Source: Azolla caroliniana (lineage: Eukaryota > Plantae > Polypodiophyta). Taken from it: a DNA stretch of 64,000 bases. The notes under the pieces are model-generated. The model made no database searches, had not been told where the DNA came from, and saw only the letters and a program-made list of their open reading frames with translations. The position numbers were made by a program, and so were the translations under genes. This document shows positions 38,401-51,088 of the stretch, in pieces; within the stretch, counting starts at the first letter, position 1, and each line of letters opens with the position of its first letter. The stretch is from NCBI GenBank assembly GCA_043228905.1, contig JBHGNT010000016.1, positions 13,082,001-13,146,000 on the forward strand. The letters run 5' to 3'.

Positions 38401-41400
38401 CCCGCCTGAAGAACCCTGTAAAGAGATACGGGTATAATGAGTACATGGCGCACCATTACGCGTACATGACGCGAGTGGTGGAAGTGCGTGGCCGGATAGC
38501 TACGAAGAAGCGGCGAAAGACGCGAACTGGGAGAGATGCGCGCATTATTGAAGAATGAAACCTGGGACCTAGTTGACACACCGAAGGGTGTGAAGCCGAT
38601 TGGATGTAGGTGGGTGTACAAGGTCAAGTACAACACCGACAACTCGATCAACCGATACAAGGCCAGGTTGGTAGCGAAAGGCTACGCGCAGAAGCACGAC
38701 GTGGACTACGACGAGACCTTCGCACCTGTCGCGAACATGACTACCATGCATGTTCTACTAGCAGTAGTTGCGGCAAAGGGGTGGCACTTACATCAAATGG
38801 ATATAAAGAACGCATTCCTGCAAGGTGATCTTGAGGAACAAGTGTACATGATACAACCCCCCGGATTTCTATCTGAATGAAACACCTCGGCAGTTTGCCG
38901 ACTGAAGAAGTCATTGTACGGACTTAAGCAAGCCCCACGAGCCTGGAACGCAAGGATTACACAACAACTGCGTAGGATGGGCTTTACAACATCAAAATCA
39001 GACTCTTCTCTATTTGTTCAGCAACGTCAACACGGAGTGGTTGGTCTCCTATTATATGTTGATGATTTAGTCATCGTCGGTGCCGACCTGGACCAAATCC
39101 ACCGCTTGAAGTCTCAGCTTGCGGCATCGTTTGAAATGAAGGATCTCGGAGACCTTCATTACTTCCTCGGGATCGAAGTGATCCGTACCCCCGAAGGCAT
39201 ATTGATTAGTCAACGTCATTACGCGCTGAATATGCTCTTCAAGTTCGGGATGGTAAACAATAAGTCCATATCGACCCCTCTGGATAGAAACACAAAGCTT
39301 CACAGAGATTAGGGAAAGGCATGTGACCCGACACGGTTTAGACAGATGGTCGGAAGCGTCATCTATTTGACGATTACTCGGCCGGATCTTAGCTACCCGG
39401 TCGGCTTAATTAGTCAATTTATGTCGCGGCCTACGGCTGAACACTTTCAGTGCACGCAAAGGATATTGTGATATGTCAGTAGCACGAATGACATGGCGTT
39501 GCTATATTGAGCAAGTGTAGCCGAACAATTAGTCGTCTACACGGATGCCGATTGGGCCGGAAATGCCCACGATCGTAGATCCACATCTGGATACACATTC
39601 TCACTGGGAAGTGCAGAGATTGCGTGGAGCAGTAAGAAGTAGTTGACAATAGCACTATCGAGCACAAAGGCCGAATATCGAGGGGGGACTATCGCTACGT
39701 GTGAAGTCATTTGGCTGAAACGGCTATTACATGATCTGTAGGTAGAGGTGTTTGATCCGACAACGATCTATTGCGACAACCTCAACAGTATCCACCTTGT
39801 GACCCGACACGGTTTAGACAGATGGTCGGAAGCGTCATCTATTTGACGATTACTCGGCCGGATCTTAGCTACCCGGTCGGCTTAATTAGTCAATTTATGT
39901 CGCGGCCTACGGCCGAACACTTTCAGTGCACGCAAAGGATATTGTGATATGTCAGTCGCACGAATGACATGGCGTTGCTATATTGAGCAAGTGTAGCCGA
40001 ACAATTAGTCGTCTACACGGATGCCGATTGGGCCGGAAATGCCCACGATCGTAGATCCACATCTGGATACACATTCTCACTGGGAAGTGCAGAGATTGCG
40101 TGGAGCAGTAAGAAGTAGTTGACAATAGCACTATCGAGCACAAAGGCCGAATATCGAGGGGGGACTATTGCTACGTGTGAAGTCATTTGGCTGAAACGGC
40201 TATTACATGATCTGTAGGTAGAGGTGTTTGATCCGACAACGATCTATTGCGACAACCTCAACAGTATCCACCTTGCGAAGAACCCTGTTTTCCATGCCCG
40301 GACCAAGCACATTGAGGTGCATTACCATTTTGTCCGCGAGCGGGTCCTTTCAGGTGAAGTCGAACTAGCGTATGTTCCGACGGATCGGCAGATTGCCGAC
40401 ACCTTCACCAATCCTCTTGGTCTCGACAAGTTACGACATTTCTCAGGTGAGCTTGGGTTGCGTCACCTCGACACGCCAAACTTGAGGGGGGGCACGAAGA
40501 ACAGGAACAAGAGCATGAGAGGAGCGGAGGTGTTCATCATGGTGGAAGTGACCGTGATGAGGAATCGGATGAAGAATTCGATTTCGGACCGGCTGAAGAA
40601 GCCGAAGAAGAAAGCAAGGGCCACAATCGTAGGGAAGAGCCGAGGACAGCCAAATCAGGGGGAGATACAACCAAGAAGGGTGTAAAGGCCAAGACCAAGA
40701 CATGGTTTGATGTAGTCAAAGGCCTAAAGAAAGGAGACGAATTGGAGACAGCCAATTTGGATGAGAGCGGAATTCAATCGGAATGTTCGATTCGGATACG
40801 CCGAATCAACTAAAGGCCATGCGGAGAAAAGGGCAGCGAAGGACGCACCAACACTGTGACAGCAAGGGAGTTGAGAAGGGCTTGATGAGCAGACAAGCCG
40901 ACCGGATGGGTCGAGGAGCGCGAGCGAGGCGTGAAGCCCGAAGGAACCGGAGCATAGAGCTGGAAGAGCGGATGAAACCTCAAGTTGAGCTTGAGGGGGA
41001 ATGTTGAGTGACAAGCTCAATAATGAGTGTGTAATATGGTGCGTAACCCAGTGCGTAGACTGGGTGCATAGAACAGTACGCACTACATGGCCATAACGGT
41101 GCGAACACCGCGATGCCATTAGAGAGATATCCTCGAAAGGATTAATTTTGGGAGTGAGTGTAGCGGCTCATTTATGAGCGTCAAGTACTGTCAGTACTTG
41201 TGTCAGCCCGTTAGTCAGGGCTTGTATAAAAGGTGCTTATTGAGCACGAAGTATGTACAGAGTGTCATTATTTTGAAATAGAACTGAGTTGCCTGCTCTC
41301 TCTATCTCTCCATCTCCATCTCCATCTCTGTGTTTTCTGAGTTCTCCGAATTGTGTACTCTGTGTTTCACATACGCTTTCGCAGAACGTATTCTTCTACT
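35474..41400 (+). mobile_element. Decayed copia family A element with both LTRs; TSD CTATT
   Basis: 5' LTR 35474-36018, PBS TGGTATCAGAGC at 36019, 3' LTR 41002-41400, CTATT at 35469-35473 and 41401-41405. Many stops; part of the integrase is deleted near 37915. Confidence 0.94.
39322..40273. repeat. 476-bp tandem duplication in RT/RNase H
   Basis: tgtgacccgacacgg starts at 39322 and 39798; near-identical ORF-track peptides at 39476 and 39952. Confidence 0.96.
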
Positions 41401-44400
41401 CTATTGCATTGAGTAATGATTCATCTGCACCCATATAAGTTGCAAAGAGCTGAATTTGATGTGGCTATAGGAGACAATGTGATTGTTGATTGTAGCTCTC
41501 ATCTCCTGGTCTAATTTCGAATTTCGAATGCCGAGATAGGGCATTGGCTTCACCATGTTGGGCACCGAGACGAATTTTTATTTGAAAGTCATAGTCAGCC
41601 AGGAAGGTCGACCATCGCGCTTGCCCATGGTTCAAAATGGGAGTAGTGGTGAAGTAGATGAGGTTCTTATGATCGGTCACCACTTGGACACGGTGTTGGG
41701 TGCCTGCTAAATAAGGACGCCATTCTTCAAAGGCTGCAATAATGGCAGAGAGTTCTTTGTCATAAACTGGGTAGTTGATCTCTGGAGGTGTGAACTTCCG
41801 AGAATAAAAGGCAATAGGATGAAGAATCCCATTGTTATTTGATTGAGAGAGAATGGTACCGATGGCGAAGTCAGAGACATCAGTTTCGATCGTAAATGGT
41901 TTGGTTAAATCTGGGTATAGAAGTATCAGAGCTGAGGTAAAAGCTTTTTTTAGTGTCTCGAATGCTAGTTGGGTTGTGGGAGTCCGGAAAAAAAGGGAAT
42001 CCTTTCGAGTGACTGTTAGAAGTTGTTGCGCCAATGTAGAGAATGCTTGAATGGATCGATGATAGAAGTTGGGAAAACCCAAAAATGATTGCACATCCTT
42101 GACCTTGGTGGGGACTTCCTACTGTTGAACCGTTTTGACTTTCTTCTCGTCCATAGTGATACCATCAGATGAAATGACATACCCGAGGAATTCCACAGAG
42201 GTTCGATCAAACTCACACTTTTCGGGCTTTGCATAAAGTCCATGTTCCTGAAGTTTGGTCAAGATAAGTCGAACGTGCTTGGTGTGATATATGTAGTCCT
42301 GTGAGAAGATAAGTATGTTGTCGAGATAGATGACCACAAATTGGTTTAGATATTCTCGGAAGATGTCATTCATCATCTGCTGGAAAATAGCAGGAGCATT
42401 TGTGAGACCAAATGGCATTACCATGTATTGAAAATGCCCATACTTGGTTCGAAATGTCGTTTTCCACTCATATCTAGGCTTGATACGCACCAAGTTGTAG
42501 GCGCCTCTGAGATTGATTTTGGAGAATATACGCCCAGCCCGAAGTTGGTCGAGGAGTTCGGGGATTAGAAGTAGTGGATAGCAGTTTCGAACCGTGACTC
42601 GATTGAGCCCGCGATAGTCGATACATAGGCGCAACGTTCCATCTTTCTTTTTGACAAAGAGAATAGGAGAGCTAGCTGGAGATTTTGAGTGGCGAATGAA
42701 TCCCTTTGCGAGATTCTCTTCAATGTATATTTTGAGGATTTTGAGTTCAGGTTCAAGTAACCCATAGATAGGGCCAAATGGAGGACAAGCACCATCTTTC
42801 AAGTCAATTGGACAATCGTATGGGCGATGTTCGGGCAGGCAATCAACATTTTTCTTCTCAAATACATCAGAGAAATCATTGTATTTTGATGGAAAAGAGC
42901 TAGTACATAGGGTAGTATCTGGAGTGGACATGCTGTCATGTCCTTAGAATTAGAAATGGATGCAATCAACATTGTATCACTTACCCGAGTAAGAGTTGGA
43001 ATTGTTTTCGAGGCCGACACGGGACTAACTATCAATGTTGTTTCTATTGGAGCAACCGCTGACATGGTTCTCGATGAAGAGGAAATCGGAGTGACCGATA
43101 ACCTGGTCTTCACTGGCAGAAATGGGAGTTGCCCCTGAAACATGGGTGGGAGTGACCGTTGACGTGGTCCTCACTGGAGTAGAAACTGGAATCGGAGCAA
43201 CCATTGATGTGGTTCTCACTGGAGCAGAAACAGGAGTTGTCCCGAAAACATGAGTGGGAGCAACCGTTGAGACGGTCCTCACCGGAGTAGGCAGCCAAAT
43301 GTATGGCGAAGCATTGGCTCGAAGAAGGGTGGGCGTAATACCTTGTGAGTGAAAATTCGAGGTGAAATTGATGGAGTGAGATCACCAATCCATGACTGGA
43401 TTGTGAGTTTCAAGCCATGATAACCCCAAGATGATAGGATGTCAAGGTGATGTCATGAGGTTAAAAGTGATTTCTTCCTGGTGTGGAGACCCAAGGAAAT
43501 TGTTGTATTTGTGATGGCACCAGAAGAGAGCGTTCGACCATCGATCACTTCAACTGGAATCGGGACGATTAATTTGTTGCTTGGAATGTTATGTTTCCAT
43601 GCAAACATGATGTCAATAAAGCACGACGTAGCCCCAGAATCCAAAAAAGATTTTTTTTTCAAAGTGGTAGAGCCAAATTGAAGAGTGATCGGAATCATGA
43701 AACTTGTTGTCGAGGAAGTCGGTTGATTGGGCCCTTGACATAATTGTCGACTCTTGTGGTCTAGATGCACAACCCCTACTGCAACTGGATGTTGGGAGAC
43801 AGGTCCCTCCGGATGGGAAGGGAGAAGAACAGTGCCGACAAACAAACTCGGCCGAGGCTGAAACGGTATGAGGAGTACCCGGCTACGGAGAGCCGGATGA
43901 TGCAGACCCGGTATGAACTGGATGGTGCAGGCCCGGTACGAACCGGATGAGGAGTACCCGGCTACGGAGAGCCGGATGATGCAGACCCGGTATGAACCGG
44001 ATGAGGAGTACCCGGCTACGGAGAGCCGGATGGTGCAGACCCGGTATGAACCGGAGGAAGAGACATATTCGTAAATATGTTTCTGAGAGCCCATCGTGGC
44101 TATATTAGTAAATAGCCGAAAAGTCATATTAGTATAAATATGACTTAGGGAAAACTTTTAGTAACTGTAAGTTGTTAATTTTCTTGTTGGTGCAAGAAGA
44201 AGAGAGAGTGCGCAACTGTACAGAGAGAGAGAGAGAGAGAGACGAGGTCGTTGCCTCTGTTGTAATCGCCGCCTGTGGCGAAGATCGTGAGCACGAGGTC
44301 GTTGCCTCCGTGAACTCACTGTTTTGTACATTCTTATATAGTGACAGTTTGCAGCCCGTGGGCTGCTGTGGTTTTTCCCCTAGTTTGGGGTTTTCCACGT

Positions 44401-44548
44401 AAACCTCCTGTGTATTTGTCTTCCTCTTTGTGTCGTGTTCTATTTCCCATTTTCTGTGTATGAAAATAATCTCGGTTGTGGCCGAGCGTTGCGCATAAGG
44501 AACGACAAGTTCCCGTCAAGTGGTATTAGAGCGAAATCGACACTGAAA

Positions 44549-47500
44549 ATGGACGAATCGTTTGGCGGCATGTTCAAGCTCATCGGCTCCAACTATTCAG
44601 TGTGGAAGTCGAAGATGAGGGACATGCTCGTTGTTAAAGACCTCTGGCTGCCGGTTCAGTTCGGGGACAAGAGACTGGACAAAATCGACGCCGCGATATG
44701 GGAGGTGATGCACATGAAGACAACGGCGTACATACGGTGCTTCATCGACATGAGCCTGTAGAACAACTTCAATGAAGAGAGCAAGGCTCATGAGCTCTAG
44801 GAGAAGATCGGCATAATGTTTCAAAACAAAAATGTTGTCAATCAGGTGTCGGTATTCCGGAAGCTAGTAAGACTCCGGTACCAAGATGGCTCCAGCATGG
44901 CGGAGCACATGAATGCCTTCCAGGGGCTGATACACCAGGCAACGTCATTGGAAGTGCCTCTTGCCGATGAGGTACTAGCGCTACTCCTGCTCGGTTCCCT
45001 CCCGGATAGCTGGGAGACGTTGGTTGTCACTTTGGGCAACGCCGGGCCGGAAGGAAAACGGTTATCCCTAGCAAGAGTAAAGTCGAGCTTGCTAGATGAG
45101 GAGGCGCGTCGGAAAGACAAAGATACGAGCTCCGACTCCAAAGCGCTTCTTACCGAATCAGAACGCGGAAGACATAGAAACCGTAGTCCCCAGAACCGGG
45201 AGAAGTTGGGGACACGGTCAAAGTCAAGGGGGAGGCCTACTTGCTTCTATTGCGGCAAGCCGGGACACTTCCAAAAGAACTGTCGGCATTTCCGTAAAGA
45301 CAAGGAAACCGACGGTACCGATTCGAAGCAAACCCCGGACCGGAACGGTAAAGACCGAAACGTTAAAGACCGGAGGGGGCCGGACCGGAAGGGACCGATG
45401 GCAATCGCGGCAAGTGAAGAAGAGTTGATGCTCATCACCGAGGAGTGTGACAGAAACCTTGCCGGCGACGAGATGACCTAGGTGGTAGACTCCGGAGCGT
45501 CGTTCCACCTTACCTCGGACCGGAAATGCTTCTCATCCTATTCAGCCAGTGATCACGGCTATGTCCGGATGGGGATTGAAGGTACATGCCGAATTGTCGG
45601 CATAGGAGACGTGTGGCTGACAACACCAACCGGATGCAAGTTGCTGCTGAAGGATGTCCGACACGTTCCGGAAGTTCGTCTGAACCTGATATCAGCCGGT
45701 CGGCGAGATGATGAAGGCTACACGGGTAGCATCCGGAACGGTGGCATGAAGTTCAGCAAAGGGAGCCTGATTGTGGCTCGGGCTCGGAAGGTAAACACAT
45801 TGTACCTGATGAATGCCCGGTTATGTCCGGAAGAAGTGAACGTGGCATCCGACACTGCCGGTGAGCTGTGGCACAAGAGACTGTGTCATATGAGCGAGAA
45901 GGGGATGAAGAGGCTTGCAGAAGACAACCTCATTCCAGTGAAGAACGTGCACTTAGAGAAGTGCACTGATTGTCTGGCCGGTAAGCAGAACCGGACCTCT
46001 TTCCGACCAAGGCCACCGATGAGACGTAATGGACCACTGGAGTTGGTGCATACGGATGTGTGTCAGGTAGACACGAAGTCACATGCCAGAGCACAGTACT
46101 TTGTGACGTTCATAGATGACCACAGCCGGAAGCTGTGGGCCACACCGTTGGAGACGAAGGAGCAGGTGTTATTCGTCTTCAAAGAGCTCCACGCGAGAGT
46201 GGAAAGAGAAACCGGCCAGAAGCTGAAGGCGGTTCAAGCAGATAACGGAGGAGAGTACTGGGGGTAGTTCGAGGAGTACTGCTGCTCGAAGGGAATCCGG
46301 CTCGAATTTACCGTGCCGAAGACACCGGAACTAAACGGACTGGCCGAGAGGATGAACCGGACCATAATGGAGAGGGTCCGGAGTATGCTAGCGCATGCAA
46401 AACTACCCAAGAAGTTTTGGGCTGAGGCATTGTCGACGGCGACATACGTGATAAACAGATCACCCTCAGTACCCTTGGACGGAGACATGCCACAGAGAGT
46501 ATGGACCGGTAAGGAAGTGTCCTACTGGCATCTGAAGGTGTTCGGGTGTCTCGCGTACGTGCATGTAGCAAAGGACCGGAGAGGAAAGTTAGATCCAAAG
46601 ACCTGGCCATGCATATTCCTCGGTTACGGTGACGATGAGTTCGGCTACCGAGTGTGGGACCCGGTCGACAAGAAGGTATTCCGGAGTCGAGATATTATCT
46701 TCATGGAGGACAAGACACTCGCCGACTGGGAGTCGGAGAAGAAGATAATGAACTCCGAGTCGACCGGTAAGGATAGACTCTACGATGAGCAGACCCAACC
46801 GGCAAGAGACCGGTTAGCACTCGAAGAACCAGCCGGTTACGGTGAGGATACCGAACCGGCAGAAGAAGAAGTAGAGGAAGCTGAGACTGGAACCGGCCAA
46901 GACCCCGAATCGGATTTGGATGAAGAGCAAATGGAGGAGCCGATTACTGAAGCCCAAAGACAGAGATATCCTCTCAGAGAGAGAAGAGCCCCCCGGAGAT
47001 TTCCAGATACAGAGCAGGTTCTGTTGACTGATGAGGGGGAGCCGGAAAGCTTCAAAGAAGTGAAGGATGACACCCACAGCCGAAAATGGTTAAGTGCCAT
47101 GTAGGACGAGATGGAGTCCCTGCATGAGAATCATACGTACGAATTGGTGGAGTTGCCGAAAGGAAAGAGGGCACTCCGAAACAAGTGGGTGTACAAGTTG
47201 AAACCGGGAGATGCCGACAACCCCCCGAGATACAAAGCCAGGATCGTGGTGAAGGGGTTCCAGCAGAAGAAGGGTGTGGACTTCGACGAGATATTTGCCC
47301 CGGTAGTAAAGATGACCTCCATCCGGACGGTGCTGAGTATAGTAGCAAGCGTGGACCTCGAGGTAGAGCAGCTGGACGTGAAGACGACATTTCTTCACGG
47401 CGACCTCGAAGAGGAGATCTACATGCAGAAACCGGAAGGATTCGTGGAGAAAGGGAAGGAGCACCTGGTATGCCGGTTGAAGAAGAGCCTGTACGGACTG

Positions 47501-48610
47501 AAGCAGGCTCCCGGACAATGGTATCGGAAGTTCGACTCCTTCATGACCGATCAAGGGTACCACAAGACGCAGGCCGATCATTGCGTGTTTGTGAAGAAGT
47601 TTGAAGGAGGCGGCTTCCTGATACTCCTCCTGTACGTGGATGACATGTTGATCGTCGGACGAGACCAAGGCAAAATACGGATGCTGAAGAAGGCTCTCAA
47701 CCGGACCTTCTCAATGAACAACTTGGGTCCGGCAAGACAGATGTTGGGGATGCACATCATTCGGGACCAGTCAGTGAAGCAATTATGGCTGTCACAGGAG
47801 AAGTATGTGACAAAGGTGCTTCACCGGTTCAACATGTCAGAAGCAAAACCGGTCGGATCGACACTTTGGGCAAACTGCAAGTTGTCCGGCAAGCAAAGCC
47901 CGAAGACGAGAGGAGAGAAGGCAGATATGATAAAGATTCCATATGCCTCTGCCGTCAGGAGCTTGATGTACGCAATGGTCTGTACCCGACCGGACATTGG
48001 ATACGCAGTCGGAGTGGTGAGCCGGTTTATGAGCAATCCCGGCAAGGAGCACTGGAACGTGGTCAAATGGATACTCCGGTATTTGAAGGGCACTTCAAAT
48101 ATGTGTCTCCGATTCGGCTCCGGAAAACCTCAACTGGACGGTTTCACCGATTCGGACATGTCGGCTGATGTGGATACCAGCCGGTCTACATCCGGGTATG
48201 TAATGACATATGCAGGGGGAGCTGTTTCGTGGCAGTCGAGGCTGCAGAAGACGGTTGCATTGTCAACCACAGAGGCGGAGTACATGGCGGCTGTGGAAGC
48301 CGGCAAGGAAATATTATGGATGAAGGACTTCATCGGAGAGCTCGGTATCCGGCAAGAGGAATACCGACTCTACTGCGACAATCAAAGTGCCATCCACCTT
48401 GCTAAGAATGCGGTCTACCATTCCCGGACGAAGCCTATCCAGCGGACGTATCACTGGATCCGGGAAAGAGTAGATGACCAGGAGTTCGCACTGACGAAGA
48501 TCCACATGGCTGAGAACGGGTCAGATATGCTGACCAAAGTGTTGACACCCGACAAGCTGGATGCATGCCGGAAGAGAATCGGACTGGTAAGACACCCTAT
48601 GCCGGAGTGA
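44549..48610 (+). pseudogene. Copia gag-pol with in-frame TAG stops
   Basis: All ORF pieces are in one frame, with stops near 44759, 44798, 45479, 46265 and 47102. pol is closely similar to the intact 28721-32794 protein. Confidence 0.93.
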
Positions 48611-49079
48611 AGGGGGAGTTTGTTGGGAGACAGGTCCCTCCAGATGGGAAGGGAGAAGAACAATGCCGACGAACAATCTCGGCCGAGGCCGAAACCGGAT
48701 GAGGAGTACCCGGCTACGAAGAGCCGGATGGTGCAGAAGAGAGCGTTCGACCGTCGATCACTTCAACTAGAATCGGGACGGTTAATTTGTTGCTTGGAAT
48801 GTTGTGTTTCCATGCAAACATGATGTCAATAAAGCACGACGTAGCTCCAGAATCCAACAAAGATTTTTTCTTCAAAGTGGTAGAGCAAAATTGAAGAGTG
48901 ATCGGAATCATGAAACTTGTTGTCGAGGAAGTCGGTTGATTGGGCCCTTGACATAATTGTCGACTCTTGTGGTCTAGATGCACAATCCCTACTGCAACTG
49001 GATGTTGGGAGACAGGTCCCTCCGGCTGGGAAGGGAGAAGAACAATGCCGACGAACAAACTCGGCCGAGGCTGAAACGG

Positions 49080-49780
49080 TATGAGGAGTACCCGGCTACG
49101 GAGAGCCGGATGATGCAGACCCGGTATGAACCGGATGAGGAGTACCCGGCTACGGAGAGCCGGATGGTGCAGGCCCGGTATGAACCGGATGAGGAGTACC
49201 CGGCTACGGAGAGCCGGATGATGCAGACCCGGTATGAACCGGATGAGGAGTACCAGGCTACGGAGAGCCGGATGGTGCAGGCTCGGTATGAACCGGATGA
49301 GGAGTACCCGGCTACGGAGAGGCGAATGATGCAGACCCGGTATGAACTGGATGGTGCAGGCCCAGTACGAACCGGATGAGGAGTACCCGGCTACGGAGAG
49401 CCGGATGATGCAGACCCGGTATGAACCGGATGAGGAGTACCCGGCTACGGAGAGCCGGATGGTGCAGGCCCGGTATGAACCGGATGAGGAGTACCCGGCT
49501 ACGGAGAGCCGGATGATGCAGACCCGGTATGAACCGGATGAGGAGTACCCGGCTACGGAGAGCCGGATGGTGCAGGCCCGGTATGAACCGGATGAGGAGT
49601 ACCCGGCTACGGAGAGCCGGATGATGCAGACCCGGTATGAACTGGATGGTGCAGGCCCGATACGAATCGGATGAGGAGTACCCGGCTACGGAGAGCCGGA
49701 TGATGCAGACCCGGTATGAACCGGATGAGGAGTACCCGGCTACGGAGAGCCGGATGGTGCAGACCCGGTATGAATCGGAG
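49080..49780. repeat. Expanded 54-bp CCGG-rich array (~12 units, alternating variants)
   Basis: Units alternate atgatgcagacc / atggtgcaggcc. Confidence 0.95.
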
Positions 49781-51088
49781 GAAGAGACATATTCGTAAAT
49801 ATGTTTTTGAGAGCCCATCGTGGCTATATTTGTAAATAGCCGAAAAGTCATATTAGTATAAATATGACTTAGGGAAAACTTTTAGTAACTGTAAGTTGTT
49901 GTTAATTTTCTTGTTGGTGCAAGAAGAAGAGAGAGTGCGCAACTGTACAGAGAGAGAGAGAGAGAGAGAGACGAGGTCGTTGTCTCTGTTGTAACCGCCG
50001 CCTGTGGCGAAGTTCGTGAGCACGAGGTCGTTGCCTCCGTGAACTCACTGTTTTGTACATTCTTACATAGTGACAGTTTGCAGCCCGTGGGCTGCCGTGG
50101 TTTTTCCCCTAGTTTGGGGTTTTCCACGTAAACCTCCTGTGTATTTGTCTTCCTCTTTGTGTCGTGTTCTATTTCCCATTTTCTGTGTATGAAAATAATC
50201 TCGGTTGTGGCCGAGCGTTGCGCATAAGGAATGAAAAGTTCCCGTCACTGGACATTGGAGTTTTCCTGTTGGTGAGCTAGAATTTTTGGCAGGAGTTGAA
50301 GATGAAGTGGATGATGACATGGGAGGCGATGTCGTCAACAATGGTAGGTGACTTCGCGTAGCGGCTGGCCAAGGTGGATGGATCCGGTGAGGACGTTCCT
50401 CTTGCCGGAACGCAAAGAGACGGTTATCGCAGCGCACAACTTGGGAAATAGCCTCATTCAAAGATGTGGGCTCAGGAAAATTAAGTAAAATAATTTTTAT
50501 CTCACCTCGTAATCCTCGGCGGAATTGATCGAGGAGGGCTTGTCCATCCCACTTCACATCACACGGGAGCTGATGAAATTCGGATGCATAGACTGATGTT
50601 GCACGATCGCCTTGTTGTAACACATAGTTTGTTGAGTGCGGCTCGTCATTTGTCGATCTCCCCAAAAGCTACCTCAAATTCGGTAAGAAATGCTTGGAAA
50701 TCATTCAAGAGAGGTGAAGCGGTCTCCATTAAAGGGGCAAACCAAGGTTATGCTTTTCCTGTTAGCAACGTGCCGATGAGCCCAATTGTTGAAAGTCATC
50801 ATAATAGTGTCGGGGCTGAAGACGAATAATAAGGCGGATTTGTTTGATGAAACCTCTCAGCCGTGACCTTGTTCCATCGAATTTGTCTGGCAAGCTGACA
50901 TTGGGTTCTATAGGATAAGGATCAACAATCGGGTGAGGTATAACCGGTGTGGCTGCCTGAAGTTCTTGAACAGAGTTTCGCAAGTTCGCATTTTCATGTT
51001 GGAGTTGTTGCACAACCGCAAAAGTTTGCTCAAGATTACTAGATGATTCTGACATGATAATGTATTGAGAAAGAAGGAAAGAAGGAAA

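Larger units (their letters stand above)
43790..50247 (+). mobile_element. Tork-type copia family B element, TSD CTGGA, with rearranged 3' end
   Basis: 5' LTR 43790-44518, PBS TGGTATTAGAGC at 44521, PPT at 48609, LTR stub 48621-48733, copy of upstream flank 48734-49002, full LTR 49003-50247. CTGGA at 43785-43789 and 50248-50252. Confidence 0.93.
33634..51088 (-). mobile_element. Chromovirus (Tcn1-like), decayed, split by three copia insertions; 3' LTR 33634-33990
   Basis: gag at 51055-50253 (SLPDKFDGTRSRLRGF), protease FLDSGATSCF at ~43640, RT 42119-42931 (YLDN for YLDD), RNase H 41465-42094, integrase/chromodomain 34015-35370, PPT at 33991. 5' LTR not seen before the next insertion and gap. 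Confidence 0.88.
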
